Assembly (NCBI GenBank): GCA_963837155.1
Contig: CAWIMB010000001.1
Location: forward strand, 92,183 to 156,182
Source of the DNA: an uncultured Actinomycetes bacterium
GTDB lineage: Bacteria > Actinomycetota > Acidimicrobiia > IMCC26256 > PALSA-610
Length of the DNA stretch: 64,000 nt
Reading direction: 5' to 3'
This document shows positions 49,926 to 57,752 of the stretch, in pieces; the stretch's first letter is position 1; the number at the start of each line of letters is the position of its first letter. A program made the position numbers and the translations under genes. The notes beneath the pieces are model-generated. The model was not told the origin of the DNA. It worked only from the letters and a program-made list of their open reading frames with translations, and searched no databases.

Positions 49926-50492
49926 ATGCCGCAGTTTCCTGACTGGAAGCAGCCGATAGCGGCGGTGACGGACGCGGCGCAGGCGCGCCAGTCACAAGTC
50001 CGCCAGTTGGCTTCTGATCTCACCGCCCAAGGACGAGAGACCGTTGGCGAAGTCTCGGCGCGGGCCGTCGACTATGCCGAACGCACGCGCGCGCTCTGCA
50101 CGCAGCTCCCGCGCACGATGGCCGACGAGCTGCGCCGGCGCATGAACGTGCTCGACCTCGCGACCAGACGCGACGTCGAGGTTCAGAGCAGGCTCGGACG
50201 AAGCCGCGTGTCGGTCGTCTTGAAAGAGTTTCTGGAAACGCAACGCCAGCGCGACGCGCAGCTGCTCGAGTCCCTTCGTGCCGAGCTGCGCGAGGAGCTC
50301 CAGAGCTTCGCCGCGGCCATTGACGACGATCTGTTCGAGGACGACCTCACTTCGGTGGAGCCAGGGGCATCGCGTCGAGTTCGAACCGACCTCGACGATC
50401 TCGAGGACGACCTCGATGATGACGACGAGATCGACCTCACGGACGACGAGTTGATCATCGAGCGCGCGCTGCTCGACGCAACCGACGGCTGA
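49926..50492 (+). CDS. Hypothetical coiled-coil protein with acidic tail (phasin-like)
   Basis: ATG 49926 within ORF 49896..50492. It has helical heptad-like sequence and a DDLEDDLDDDDEIDL tail. The phasin call is weak. Confidence 0.4.
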   Translation: MPQFPDWKQPIAAVTDAAQARQSQVRQLASDLTAQGRETVGEVSARAVDYAERTRALCTQLPRTMADELRRRMNVLDLATRRDVEVQSRLGRSRVSVVLKEFLETQRQRDAQLLESLRAELREELQSFAAAIDDDLFEDDLTSVEPGASRRVRTDLDDLEDDLDDDDEIDLTDDELIIERALLDATDG

Positions 50493-50506
50493 CGACGTCG
50501 GTTGCG

Positions 50507-52147
50507 TTACTTGGCGGGTACGGAGATCTGCGCGAGATCGACGCGCATCGGCACGTTCTCATCGGCCGGGTGTGCGGACGCGATCGCGGCACTCGGCATG
50601 TCTCCGAGCGGCGGTGGCGCGGGCAACCGAACGGTCTTGTAGTCCGCGCCCTTCGGTTTCTCCTCGGTGAACACCTCGGCGAAGCGGGTGATGTCGGCGC
50701 TGAACGACGGTGAGGGTGGCGAGCCGCACGGCACGTAGGACTCGAGGTTCGGAGGCAGCGACGTGCCGTACGTGTTGCCGGAGAAGCAGTTCCTGCCCGC
50801 GTCCTTCGCGCTGTCGAGGGTCGTCACCAGCATGAGATCGCTGACGCGGCTCTCGCGCACGACGTTGTCGCGGACCGTGTTTCGCCGCGCATCGAAGTTC
50901 CGAGCGTTCTTGTTCTCCGGTGACAACACCTTCTCCGGCAGCGGGATCACGCCGATGCCGGCGATGTCGTGGTTGTAGACGAGGTTCTTCTCGATCGTGT
51001 TGTCCACCCCGCCCGCGATGAGGATTCCATTGCCGATCGCGGTCTGCGCGATGTCGATCGCCGCGGACTTGGCGTTGTTGTTTCCGTACACCGTGTTGCC
51101 GACGATGGTCGTCTCACGTTCCGGCGGGTTCTCCTCACCGGTCTCGCTATTCGGCACGATGCCGACGCGGTTGTAGCGCCAGATCGAGTTCACGATGAGG
51201 AGGTTGCCGCCCGCGTTGGTGCCGCTGTACCCGATCCCGTTCCACTCGGCGATCGAATCGGTGATCACCGCATTGCACGGGTAGCACTGGCCGATGTAGA
51301 AACCCGCGTCGGGGCTCCCGGCGCCGTAGTCGTGGTCGAACTGGCCGTTGACCGCGTCGAACGCGTAGATGCCGTAGTCGCCGTTGCGGATCGCAGTGAG
51401 ATACGAGCCGCGATAACCCTTCACGCCGGTCCAGAAGAAACCGTTCTTGGTGAAATTGCGCGCCGTCATGTTCTCGATCGCAACACCGTCCGCGAGCACC
51501 TTGAAGCCGTTGTCTCGCTTGAACTCACCATCGAGGATCGTGGAGTCGCGTTTCTCGCCGCGGATCACGATGCGTTCATTCGAGACGGTCACGGCTTCCC
51601 GGTACACGCCCGGCGCGACCAGCACAAGGCTTCCGGGCTTGGCCGCGTCGACAGCCTTTTGGATGGTCGGGTAGTCAGAGGGAACGTGCAACGTCCCGCT
51701 CTGCGTGCCGGAGCTCTGGACCGTGCCAATGTGACCGTCGAACGGCACGTTACCGACGACGATCACGCCGACCATGCCGCCCGACGGCGTGCCGTGCAGC
51801 GAGCAATAGATCGGGTACACACCAGGCTCGGTGAACGTGAACGAGTACGACGCGCCGGGCGCGAACTTTTCGGAGCTCACACCGAAGCTCGTGTCGTACG
51901 CCTGGTCGGGATTGCCGAGCAGGATGTCGTGCGTCGTCCGACCGTCGTTGACGAACGTCACGCGCGTCCCGGGATCGATCCGGATGCCGCGCGGAACGAA
52001 GACGTTGTCCTTCACCGTCACCGTGGCCGACGTCTTCCCGCGGTCGTCGGTGAGCGTGATCTTGGGGTTGGCGCTCTTCGACGAGCTCGAACAGCCCGCG
52101 AGCACACAACCGATCGCGACCAGCAACACGAACAGCGTGCGTCTCAC
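50507..52147 (-). CDS. Lipoprotein: N-terminal cupredoxin domain fused to right-handed parallel beta-helix (NosD-like) domain
   Basis: ORF 50507..52237. GTG 52147 gives lipobox VLAGC. Type-1 Cu ligand pattern is H...YCSLHGTPSGGM. Downstream are beta-helix repeats (NGFFW..., GDYGIYAF..., GIGYSG...). Confidence 0.7.
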   Translation of the reverse strand: MRRTLFVLLVAIGCVLAGCSSSSKSANPKITLTDDRGKTSATVTVKDNVFVPRGIRIDPGTRVTFVNDGRTTHDILLGNPDQAYDTSFGVSSEKFAPGASYSFTFTEPGVYPIYCSLHGTPSGGMVGVIVVGNVPFDGHIGTVQSSGTQSGTLHVPSDYPTIQKAVDAAKPGSLVLVAPGVYREAVTVSNERIVIRGEKRDSTILDGEFKRDNGFKVLADGVAIENMTARNFTKNGFFWTGVKGYRGSYLTAIRNGDYGIYAFDAVNGQFDHDYGAGSPDAGFYIGQCYPCNAVITDSIAEWNGIGYSGTNAGGNLLIVNSIWRYNRVGIVPNSETGEENPPERETTIVGNTVYGNNNAKSAAIDIAQTAIGNGILIAGGVDNTIEKNLVYNHDIAGIGVIPLPEKVLSPENKNARNFDARRNTVRDNVVRESRVSDLMLVTTLDSAKDAGRNCFSGNTYGTSLPPNLESYVPCGSPPSPSFSADITRFAEVFTEEKPKGADYKTVRLPAPPPLGDMPSAAIASAHPADENVPMRVDLAQISVPAK

Positions 52148-52299
52148 GCCCCACTCTTGCACGGATCGCGACGAGGGATGCGCGAGCGAGAGCGCGGGAA
52201 CGGGGAGTGCGAATTGGAGGTCGCTTCGTGCGTGCAATGGGCGTACGGTGCGTGGGGGAACACCGTTCGGCGGAGTTCCGGCCCGCGGGGAGGCCGATC

Positions 52300-53478
52300 A
52301 TGCGGATGTCGCTTCGCAATCGCAAGTTGGGCGTACGTCTCGGCACGGCCGCGCTGATGGCGCTCGTGCTGAGCGGTTGTCTCGTCGCCGACCAAGACCC
52401 GAAGCTGACGTTGTTGCACAACCAGGCCGACCCTGCCGCGATCACGCTCTCGGGTGGCCGGTTGGGGATGCTCAGCACGAACGGGACCAACGCGAACGGG
52501 AACTTCCAGCACGTCCCGTCGTGGTGTTACGTCCTGAGCACGCAGCAGGCGAGTTGTCTTTCGAACGGCGCCACGCACGAGACGTTGCCGACGCCGCCGA
52601 GCTGGTGGGGAGGCCCGGGATTCATTTGGGCGCCCACCGTACGCTTGGTGAATGGTCGGTGGCTGATGATGTTCTCGGCCTCGCCGAAGCCGAGCGGCGG
52701 TGTACAACCCGCCAACTGCATCGGGGCGGCGACGTCGTCGACGTGGAACGGCACCTACACCCCGGTGAACTCGCTCAAGTGGTGCGACCCGGCCGATCCC
52801 AATCACGTCGGCTGGCTCGATCCTTCTCTGTTCCTGCACGGCGGCAAGGTCTGGCTGTACTACAGCAAGCAATGGACGATCGGCAGTGCCACCGGCTCCG
52901 AGATCGTCGCCCAACAGCTCTCCGCCGATGGCCTCAGCAAGGTCGGCGCGCCCGCGTTGATCCTCACATGGGGCGAGGTGATGGGGCTGAACCCGGACAG
53001 CAACGGAACGCACGGGTTCGTGGAGAACCCGGCGATGGTCGCTGACCCGTACAACAATTTTGATCTGTTGGTTTCGGTCGGCACGTGGGACAACCCCGGT
53101 TACAACACGATCGAAGTGCCTTGCTTCTCACCGAACTCGACTTGCCTGCCGAATGACGGCGGTCTCTTACCGCTCGACCAGAACTCGCTCGTCGGGACGG
53201 GCGGCGCGTCGCTTGCCAACGACAACTCACCGAACGGCAACTACATCGTGTTCCACGGCTGGCCGAACGGACCCTTCAGCGGCAGCCGGACGCCGTGGGT
53301 CGAAACGACGTTCTGTTCCACCGAGCACCTCCAGGGCTGTCCGGCCGACGCCGCGAGCGCGACTACACCGACGAAGTTCCCGCCACCGGGCGCGATTCCG
53401 TATCGCGTCTCGACGTCAGTGGTGCTCGGCCCCGGTGCAGTCACCGGAACACCCGACCGCACGGCGCACACCGGCTGA
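52300..53478 (+). CDS. Lipoprotein, GH43-like five-bladed beta-propeller
   Basis: ATG 52300 follows GGGGAGG. Lipobox LSGC. Motifs are IWAPTVRLVNGRWLMMFSAS, LDPSLFLHGGKVWLYYS and ENPAMVADPYNNFDLLVS. The family call is tentative. Confidence 0.55.
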   Translation: MRMSLRNRKLGVRLGTAALMALVLSGCLVADQDPKLTLLHNQADPAAITLSGGRLGMLSTNGTNANGNFQHVPSWCYVLSTQQASCLSNGATHETLPTPPSWWGGPGFIWAPTVRLVNGRWLMMFSASPKPSGGVQPANCIGAATSSTWNGTYTPVNSLKWCDPADPNHVGWLDPSLFLHGGKVWLYYSKQWTIGSATGSEIVAQQLSADGLSKVGAPALILTWGEVMGLNPDSNGTHGFVENPAMVADPYNNFDLLVSVGTWDNPGYNTIEVPCFSPNSTCLPNDGGLLPLDQNSLVGTGGASLANDNSPNGNYIVFHGWPNGPFSGSRTPWVETTFCSTEHLQGCPADAASATTPTKFPPPGAIPYRVSTSVVLGPGAVTGTPDRTAHTG

Positions 53479-53480
53479 CG

Positions 53481-54005
53481 TCACGACCCGGAGAGGGCGG
53501 TCGATCGCTCGAGATCGAGAAGTTCTGCGCGATGGCGTGCCGTGTGCGCATAGACAAACAGCAGCCACTGAACGCCATCCATCAAGCCGAACACCGGATG
53601 CTCGCACCCGCAAGCACGAAGATCGAGATCCGTCCGGCTGGCCCACTCGATCATGCTTTGCGCGCTCGCGTCGAGCATCTCGCACGCTTGCGCACGGTCC
53701 GTCCACGCTCCCGTCAGCGGCTGCGCGGGTGGCGGTTCCCCACCCCCGTAGAACAAGAATGGGATCTCGTCGTCTTCAAGCGCGAGCGGACCATCCAACG
53801 GACTCGTAAGCCGCTTGCTCAACAGCGACAGCACTCCCTTGTTCGCCACGGCGACATGCTCGGTGACCTCGGACATCGACCACTTGCCCGTCGGCGGACG
53901 GTACTGCCACGCCGGTTCAGCCGCGCCGCTCAATACGGCCAAGAAGCGGTCGGTTGCCCAACGGATCTTTCCCTGCGCATCGGCAGCAGTTGCAGATGCT
54001 GACAT
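53481..54005 (-). CDS. DinB-family (DinB_2-like) protein
   Basis: ATG 54005 within ORF 53481..54071: WSMSEVTEHVAVAN...LLFVYAHTARHRAEL (His triad pattern). Confidence 0.6.
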   Translation of the reverse strand: MSASATAADAQGKIRWATDRFLAVLSGAAEPAWQYRPPTGKWSMSEVTEHVAVANKGVLSLLSKRLTSPLDGPLALEDDEIPFLFYGGGEPPPAQPLTGAWTDRAQACEMLDASAQSMIEWASRTDLDLRACGCEHPVFGLMDGVQWLLFVYAHTARHRAELLDLERSTALSGS

Positions 54006-54084
54006 GGGCGTCCTCCTCGATGTCCGGCGCTCAATGATGCACCTCTGCGAGCGCGGACGACCAGCGGTCATACACCGTTGAGAA

Positions 54085-54124
54085 CCGGAGAGGGGACTCG
54101 AACCCCTGGCCTGCTCATTACGAG
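54085..54124. repeat. att repeat, left copy (orphan 3' half of tRNA-Thr)
   Basis: CCGGAGAGGGGACTCGAACCCCTGGCCTGCTCATTACGAG is identical to 61919..61958. Confidence 0.95.
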
Positions 54125-54257
54125 CGCGACGCTGCGTACGTCAGCGAACGTGCGCGAACGCGAATGCGCAGCTCAGCGGCTGTGCTCGACAGTGGCGAAC
54201 ACCGGCGAATCACGGCGATTTTCGTTCGCGCGCGCCATGGACGCGCCATGGAACTCC

Positions 54258-54632
54258 TCACGCGCTCCTGAAGGGCAGGCGGCGGACTCGGATCGTCCCG
54301 CGGGCGAACGACGCGACCGCTCCGGCTTCGAGCTCCTCGGCCAGCGCACCAATGTTCGCGCTCAGGAGCGCAGCGTGACCGTCGGGCGTCATCTCGTTGA
54401 CATGACGAAGCAGCACGAACGACGGCTTGGCGAGATCAAGCCTCGCGATGATCGCGGCAAAGTCGGTGTCAGTCGAAACGATGACGTACTCGCGTTCGAG
54501 CGCGTACTCCACGATCGTCTCGTCGCTCGCCTGCGCCAAGCCCACGTCGTACACGTGGATCGCGTCATGGCCGACGTTCCGCAACTGCAACGCGACGCTC
54601 GGGGCGAGATTCGCGTCGACCAGCAGCCTCAC
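54258..54632 (-). CDS. PIN-like toxin, DUF5615 family
   Basis: ORF 54258..54632: MRLLVDANLAPSVALQLRNVGHDAIHV...IVSTDTDF. It overlaps the upstream DUF433 gene by 4 nt. Confidence 0.75.
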   Translation of the reverse strand: MRLLVDANLAPSVALQLRNVGHDAIHVYDVGLAQASDETIVEYALEREYVIVSTDTDFAAIIARLDLAKPSFVLLRHVNEMTPDGHAALLSANIGALAEELEAGAVASFARGTIRVRRLPFRSA

Positions 54633-54859
54633 GCCGGCTTCGTCAGCGGAAGCTCCCGCTCGCGCACCGCAGCTGCGGCGTACTCCAGCGCGGCGAAAAT
54701 GTCCTCGCGCTCGAGATACGGATAGTCCTCGAGGACCTCGTCGACCGTGCGGCCTGCAGCCAGCTGTCCGAGCACTGCGCTCACGGTCACTCGAAGATCA
54801 CGGATGCACGGAAGACCGCCCATCTTGCCCGGATCAATGGATATCCGCTCGAACGCCAT
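54629..54859 (-). CDS. DUF433-family antitoxin-like protein
   Basis: ORF 54629..54859: ISIDPGKMGGLPCIRDLRVTVSAVLGQLAAGRTVDEVLEDYPYLEREDI. Confidence 0.75.
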   Translation of the reverse strand: MAFERISIDPGKMGGLPCIRDLRVTVSAVLGQLAAGRTVDEVLEDYPYLEREDIFAALEYAAAAVRERELPLTKPA

Positions 54860-55115
54860 GCAACCAGATTACGTCGGCACAGCTCAGTGGATGTGCTCGA
54901 CAACGGCGAACAGCGCGAACAACAGCGGATTCGTTCGCGGGCGCCATGGAAGCGCGTCATGCGCTCGTGAACTGCTCTCGGCGCACTCGGATCGACCCGA
55001 GCCCGTACGAGCACCCATGTAGAGCATCTTGCTGTTCCACCGTGGACCAACAGCAAAGTTGTCTATTCCCCTTGCCACGTGATAAGGCAAGGGAACTAGA
55101 CTTACTTTGAAGCTG

Positions 55116-55344
55116 ATGAAGTACCGGCAGCTCACGAAGCGCTGACGAAGCACGGCGCCACGCATGTCCGCACCCGGGGCGACCACGAGATCTGGAAGGT
55201 TGGCAACTGCACCACGTCGGTCCCGGCTGACGCCGAGATTGCCCTGGCATCCTCCGCAAGATTGAGGAACACCTCGCCCTGGCGTCGGAGAAGGATGGCT
55301 CAGCAAGTGAAGAAGAAGACATACAAGATCGAGATCGAACGTGA
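55116..55344 (+). pseudogene. hicA: hicA-like mRNA interferase toxin, 2 frame changes
   Basis: MKYRQLTK is followed by a stop at 55143. Frame +2 reads ALTKHGATHVRTRGDHEIWKVGNCTTSVPADAEIA. The third frame reads PGILRKIEEHLALASEKDG... The 3' end is uncertain. Confidence 0.6.
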
Positions 55345-55738
55345 CGAGGCGGGCTACTGGATCGCGACGGCGCCCGATGTCCGGGGCATGGTCACCCAGG
55401 CGAAGCGCCTCGAGAAGATCGTTGACCGTGCGCGTGAGGCCATCGCTGCGCTTCTCGACAAGTCCGCGACCTCATTCGACGTTGAACCTCACGTCCACTT
55501 CCTCGATGACGTACCGATTGACGAAGCACGAGAGGCGCGCGAGAAGGCCGAGGCTGCACAAGCCGAAGCCACCGCGAAGGTGAGCAACGTTGTCAAGCGG
55601 CTCGTTACCGAGAAGGCGCTCACCATGCGCGACACCGGTCAGCTTCTCGGTATCTCGCATCAACGCGTGGAGCAGATCGTGCAACGCGAGGCGCAGCGCC
55701 AACCACGAGCCAAAGGTCAGCGCGCCAGGGCCCGCTGA
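55295..55738 (+). CDS. hicB: HicB-like antitoxin with C-terminal HTH
   Basis: ATG 55295 follows GGAGAAGG within ORF 55262..55738: YKIEIERDEAGYWIATAPDVRGMVTQAKRLEKIVDRAREAI... and LTMRDTGQLLGISHQRVEQI. Confidence 0.7.
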   Translation: MAQQVKKKTYKIEIERDEAGYWIATAPDVRGMVTQAKRLEKIVDRAREAIAALLDKSATSFDVEPHVHFLDDVPIDEAREAREKAEAAQAEATAKVSNVVKRLVTEKALTMRDTGQLLGISHQRVEQIVQREAQRQPRAKGQRARAR

Positions 55739-55846
55739 ACACACGGGTGCCACAGCAATCTTCCGCGGCGCCCTGGATGGTTCAAAGACGATCCGTCGGC
55801 TCTCTCTCTTCAAGCGGAGATCGGCACCGAAGTATCGTCCTTCGGC

Positions 55847-56029
55847 ATGGCGAAGCGCGTAGACGATCCGGAGCTTGAGGCGGCCGTTGTGCTCATCGAC
55901 CACGATGCCGACGACTCTCCGATGTCGGTCAAGAATTGGCTTCGATGCCTCGCTCGAGAAGAGCGCATCGAGTTGACAGCGAGTCCCGCCGACCTTCTCG
56001 CAGAGATCCGAGCACACAGCGAGCGGTGA
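55847..56029 (+). CDS. Hypothetical 60-aa protein (weak)
   Basis: ORF 55847..56029 has third-position GC of about 70 % by my count. No recognisable motif; it may be non-coding. Confidence 0.25.
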   Translation: MAKRVDDPELEAAVVLIDHDADDSPMSVKNWLRCLAREERIELTASPADLLAEIRAHSER

Positions 56030-56087
56030 CGACGCTCGTCGTCACCTCTGCCAGCGGAATGTACGCGCCAGCGAGTGCGCCGATGAT

Positions 56088-57671
56088 CTACGACGAAGCA
56101 GCAGCTGTCAGTCGGTCGGCGATGACTGACGATTCCGCTCCTGTCGTGCACGTCGGGGCTTGCACGTCGATCGAGATGGGCGTCGGGAACACGCCTTGAC
56201 CGGTTGCCTGAATCTGCGCTTGTACGCCTCCTGGTGGCGCGCACGCATTCGTCCAAGTCCATCCGCCTGAGAGAACTGCCGCTGCGCCGTCGGTCACGTC
56301 GGTGTCGATGCTCGTCGTCTGGTCGTTGCCGGGAATAGAAAGCGCCTGGCCGTTCCCATCGACGAGCAACAAGTGGAGCGAGGCGGTGAGGTGGCAGGGC
56401 GCGCCGGTGAAGAGGTCTGAGGCGATGACGCGCACCGAGCTCGTGTTAGTCGGTTGTTGGGACGGGACGAGTGCGGGGCCGTTGAGAACACATATCGCCG
56501 GCGCCGGCGGAGCAGGCGGCGGAGTCGGCGCGACCGGAGCGGCGCGGCGCTGCCAGCTCGTACCGTTCCAGAGCCAGGTGTCGTTCGTGCCGTTGAACAC
56601 CGCCTTTCCGGACGAGATGTTGAGTCTTGGGCTGCCGCCGAATGCGACGACTTGGTGATGCGCCGGATCGGCGGCAATCGAGAGCTGTGTTCGGTGGGGA
56701 GACGCCCCGGCGTTTGCGACTTGGCTCCAGCGAGTCTGTACGCGCCGCCACGTGGTTCCGTCACCGTCGATGAGAAGGAGCCCGCCTCTGGCGGCGTCGA
56801 AGGTGAGTGTCTGAGGACCTCCGAACTCGTCGGTGACGAATCGCGGTACGTCGGTGTCCTCGGATCGTTCCCACGCCGTGCCGTTCCACGTTGCAACTCG
56901 GTTCTCCCCGGGCTGGTTGCATCCGCTGTGCGGCATGCACACGCCCGGTTGGTAGTACTCGACTTCTGCCACACGGCCGACGTCGGGATCGAACGCCATG
57001 CCGATTGCGCCGCCGTTTGGCAGGCTCGTGGACGGTGGCTGCGCGTTCCACGAGGACCCGTTCCATGTCCAGGTTTGCAAAGTAGGGTTGCCGTTGCCGA
57101 CAAGCACGATGTCGTGGTTGCGTTCGTCGGCTGTCATCGCGAGTGGCTCAGGCTGTTGAGCGGCGAGGCCTCGGATCTGCCAGTCGTGTCCGTCCCAACC
57201 CCATAGATCACGGGCGAGGGGGACGTCGCGCTGCGTCAGAGGCGGAACACACACCGGCGCCTGGTGCGGTGGTCGGCGACATGGGTCGCTCGGCGGTACC
57301 GAAGCCATGCCACCAAGCATGAGGACCTGCTTCGAGCGCGGGTCGTACGCCATCCTGGCTCCCGCTCGGCTCGGTGGCACCGTGCGCGGATGCTCTTGAT
57401 GCCAACGGACGCCGTTCCACGACCAGGTGTCGTTCAGCGAGCCGTACGGTCCGAAGCCACCGAAGAGCACGACGGTCCCATTCGCCTCGTCGGACGCCAT
57501 AGCCGCGCCAAGCCGCGGAGAAGGCGCGAGCGAGAGGTCCGGTCCACGTGTCGCGACCGACTTCGGCACTGACGTCGCTGAGGTACGCGCTGTTGTAGAG
57601 GAGCGCGGCGCTGCCGATGTTCCGCATGACCCGAGCGCGAATCCGGCAACAGCCGCGACATACAGCTTCAC
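56088..57671 (-). CDS. Kelch-repeat beta-propeller lipoprotein with C-terminal Ig-like region
   Basis: ORF 56088..57671 (GTG start) has lipobox ALGSC. It has repeated ...DTWSWNGVRW / TWTWNGSSW / VATWNGTAW / DTWLWNGTSW Kelch-type signatures. Confidence 0.75.
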   Translation of the reverse strand: MKLYVAAVAGFALGSCGTSAAPRSSTTARTSATSVPKSVATRGPDLSLAPSPRLGAAMASDEANGTVVLFGGFGPYGSLNDTWSWNGVRWHQEHPRTVPPSRAGARMAYDPRSKQVLMLGGMASVPPSDPCRRPPHQAPVCVPPLTQRDVPLARDLWGWDGHDWQIRGLAAQQPEPLAMTADERNHDIVLVGNGNPTLQTWTWNGSSWNAQPPSTSLPNGGAIGMAFDPDVGRVAEVEYYQPGVCMPHSGCNQPGENRVATWNGTAWERSEDTDVPRFVTDEFGGPQTLTFDAARGGLLLIDGDGTTWRRVQTRWSQVANAGASPHRTQLSIAADPAHHQVVAFGGSPRLNISSGKAVFNGTNDTWLWNGTSWQRRAAPVAPTPPPAPPAPAICVLNGPALVPSQQPTNTSSVRVIASDLFTGAPCHLTASLHLLLVDGNGQALSIPGNDQTTSIDTDVTDGAAAVLSGGWTWTNACAPPGGVQAQIQATGQGVFPTPISIDVQAPTCTTGAESSVIADRLTAAASS

Positions 57672-57752
57672 GAATTTTCATCTCGAAGCCTCCGTCCGTG
57701 CTTGACGAGCGTAGGCGTCGATGAGTTCCCGTGTCCGGGCGCCGAGGCTACG

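Noticed and set aside
54085-54124. Possible additional tRNA gene
   Set aside because: Only the 3' 40 nt (acceptor/T-arm to anticodon loop) are present. The sequence beyond 54124 diverges from the tRNA and cannot form D-arm or acceptor pairing. I interpret it as the att duplicate.
55472-56017. 181-aa minus-strand ORF in the mobile element
   Set aside because: It mostly overlaps hicB in antisense and has no recognisable motif. The plus-strand hicB reading, with an SD and HicB-like sequence, explains the region better.
57208-57681. 157-aa minus-strand ORF starting MKIREAV...
   Set aside because: It is an alternative frame of the Kelch lipoprotein N-terminus. The Kelch frame has a lipobox and continues for 527 aa.
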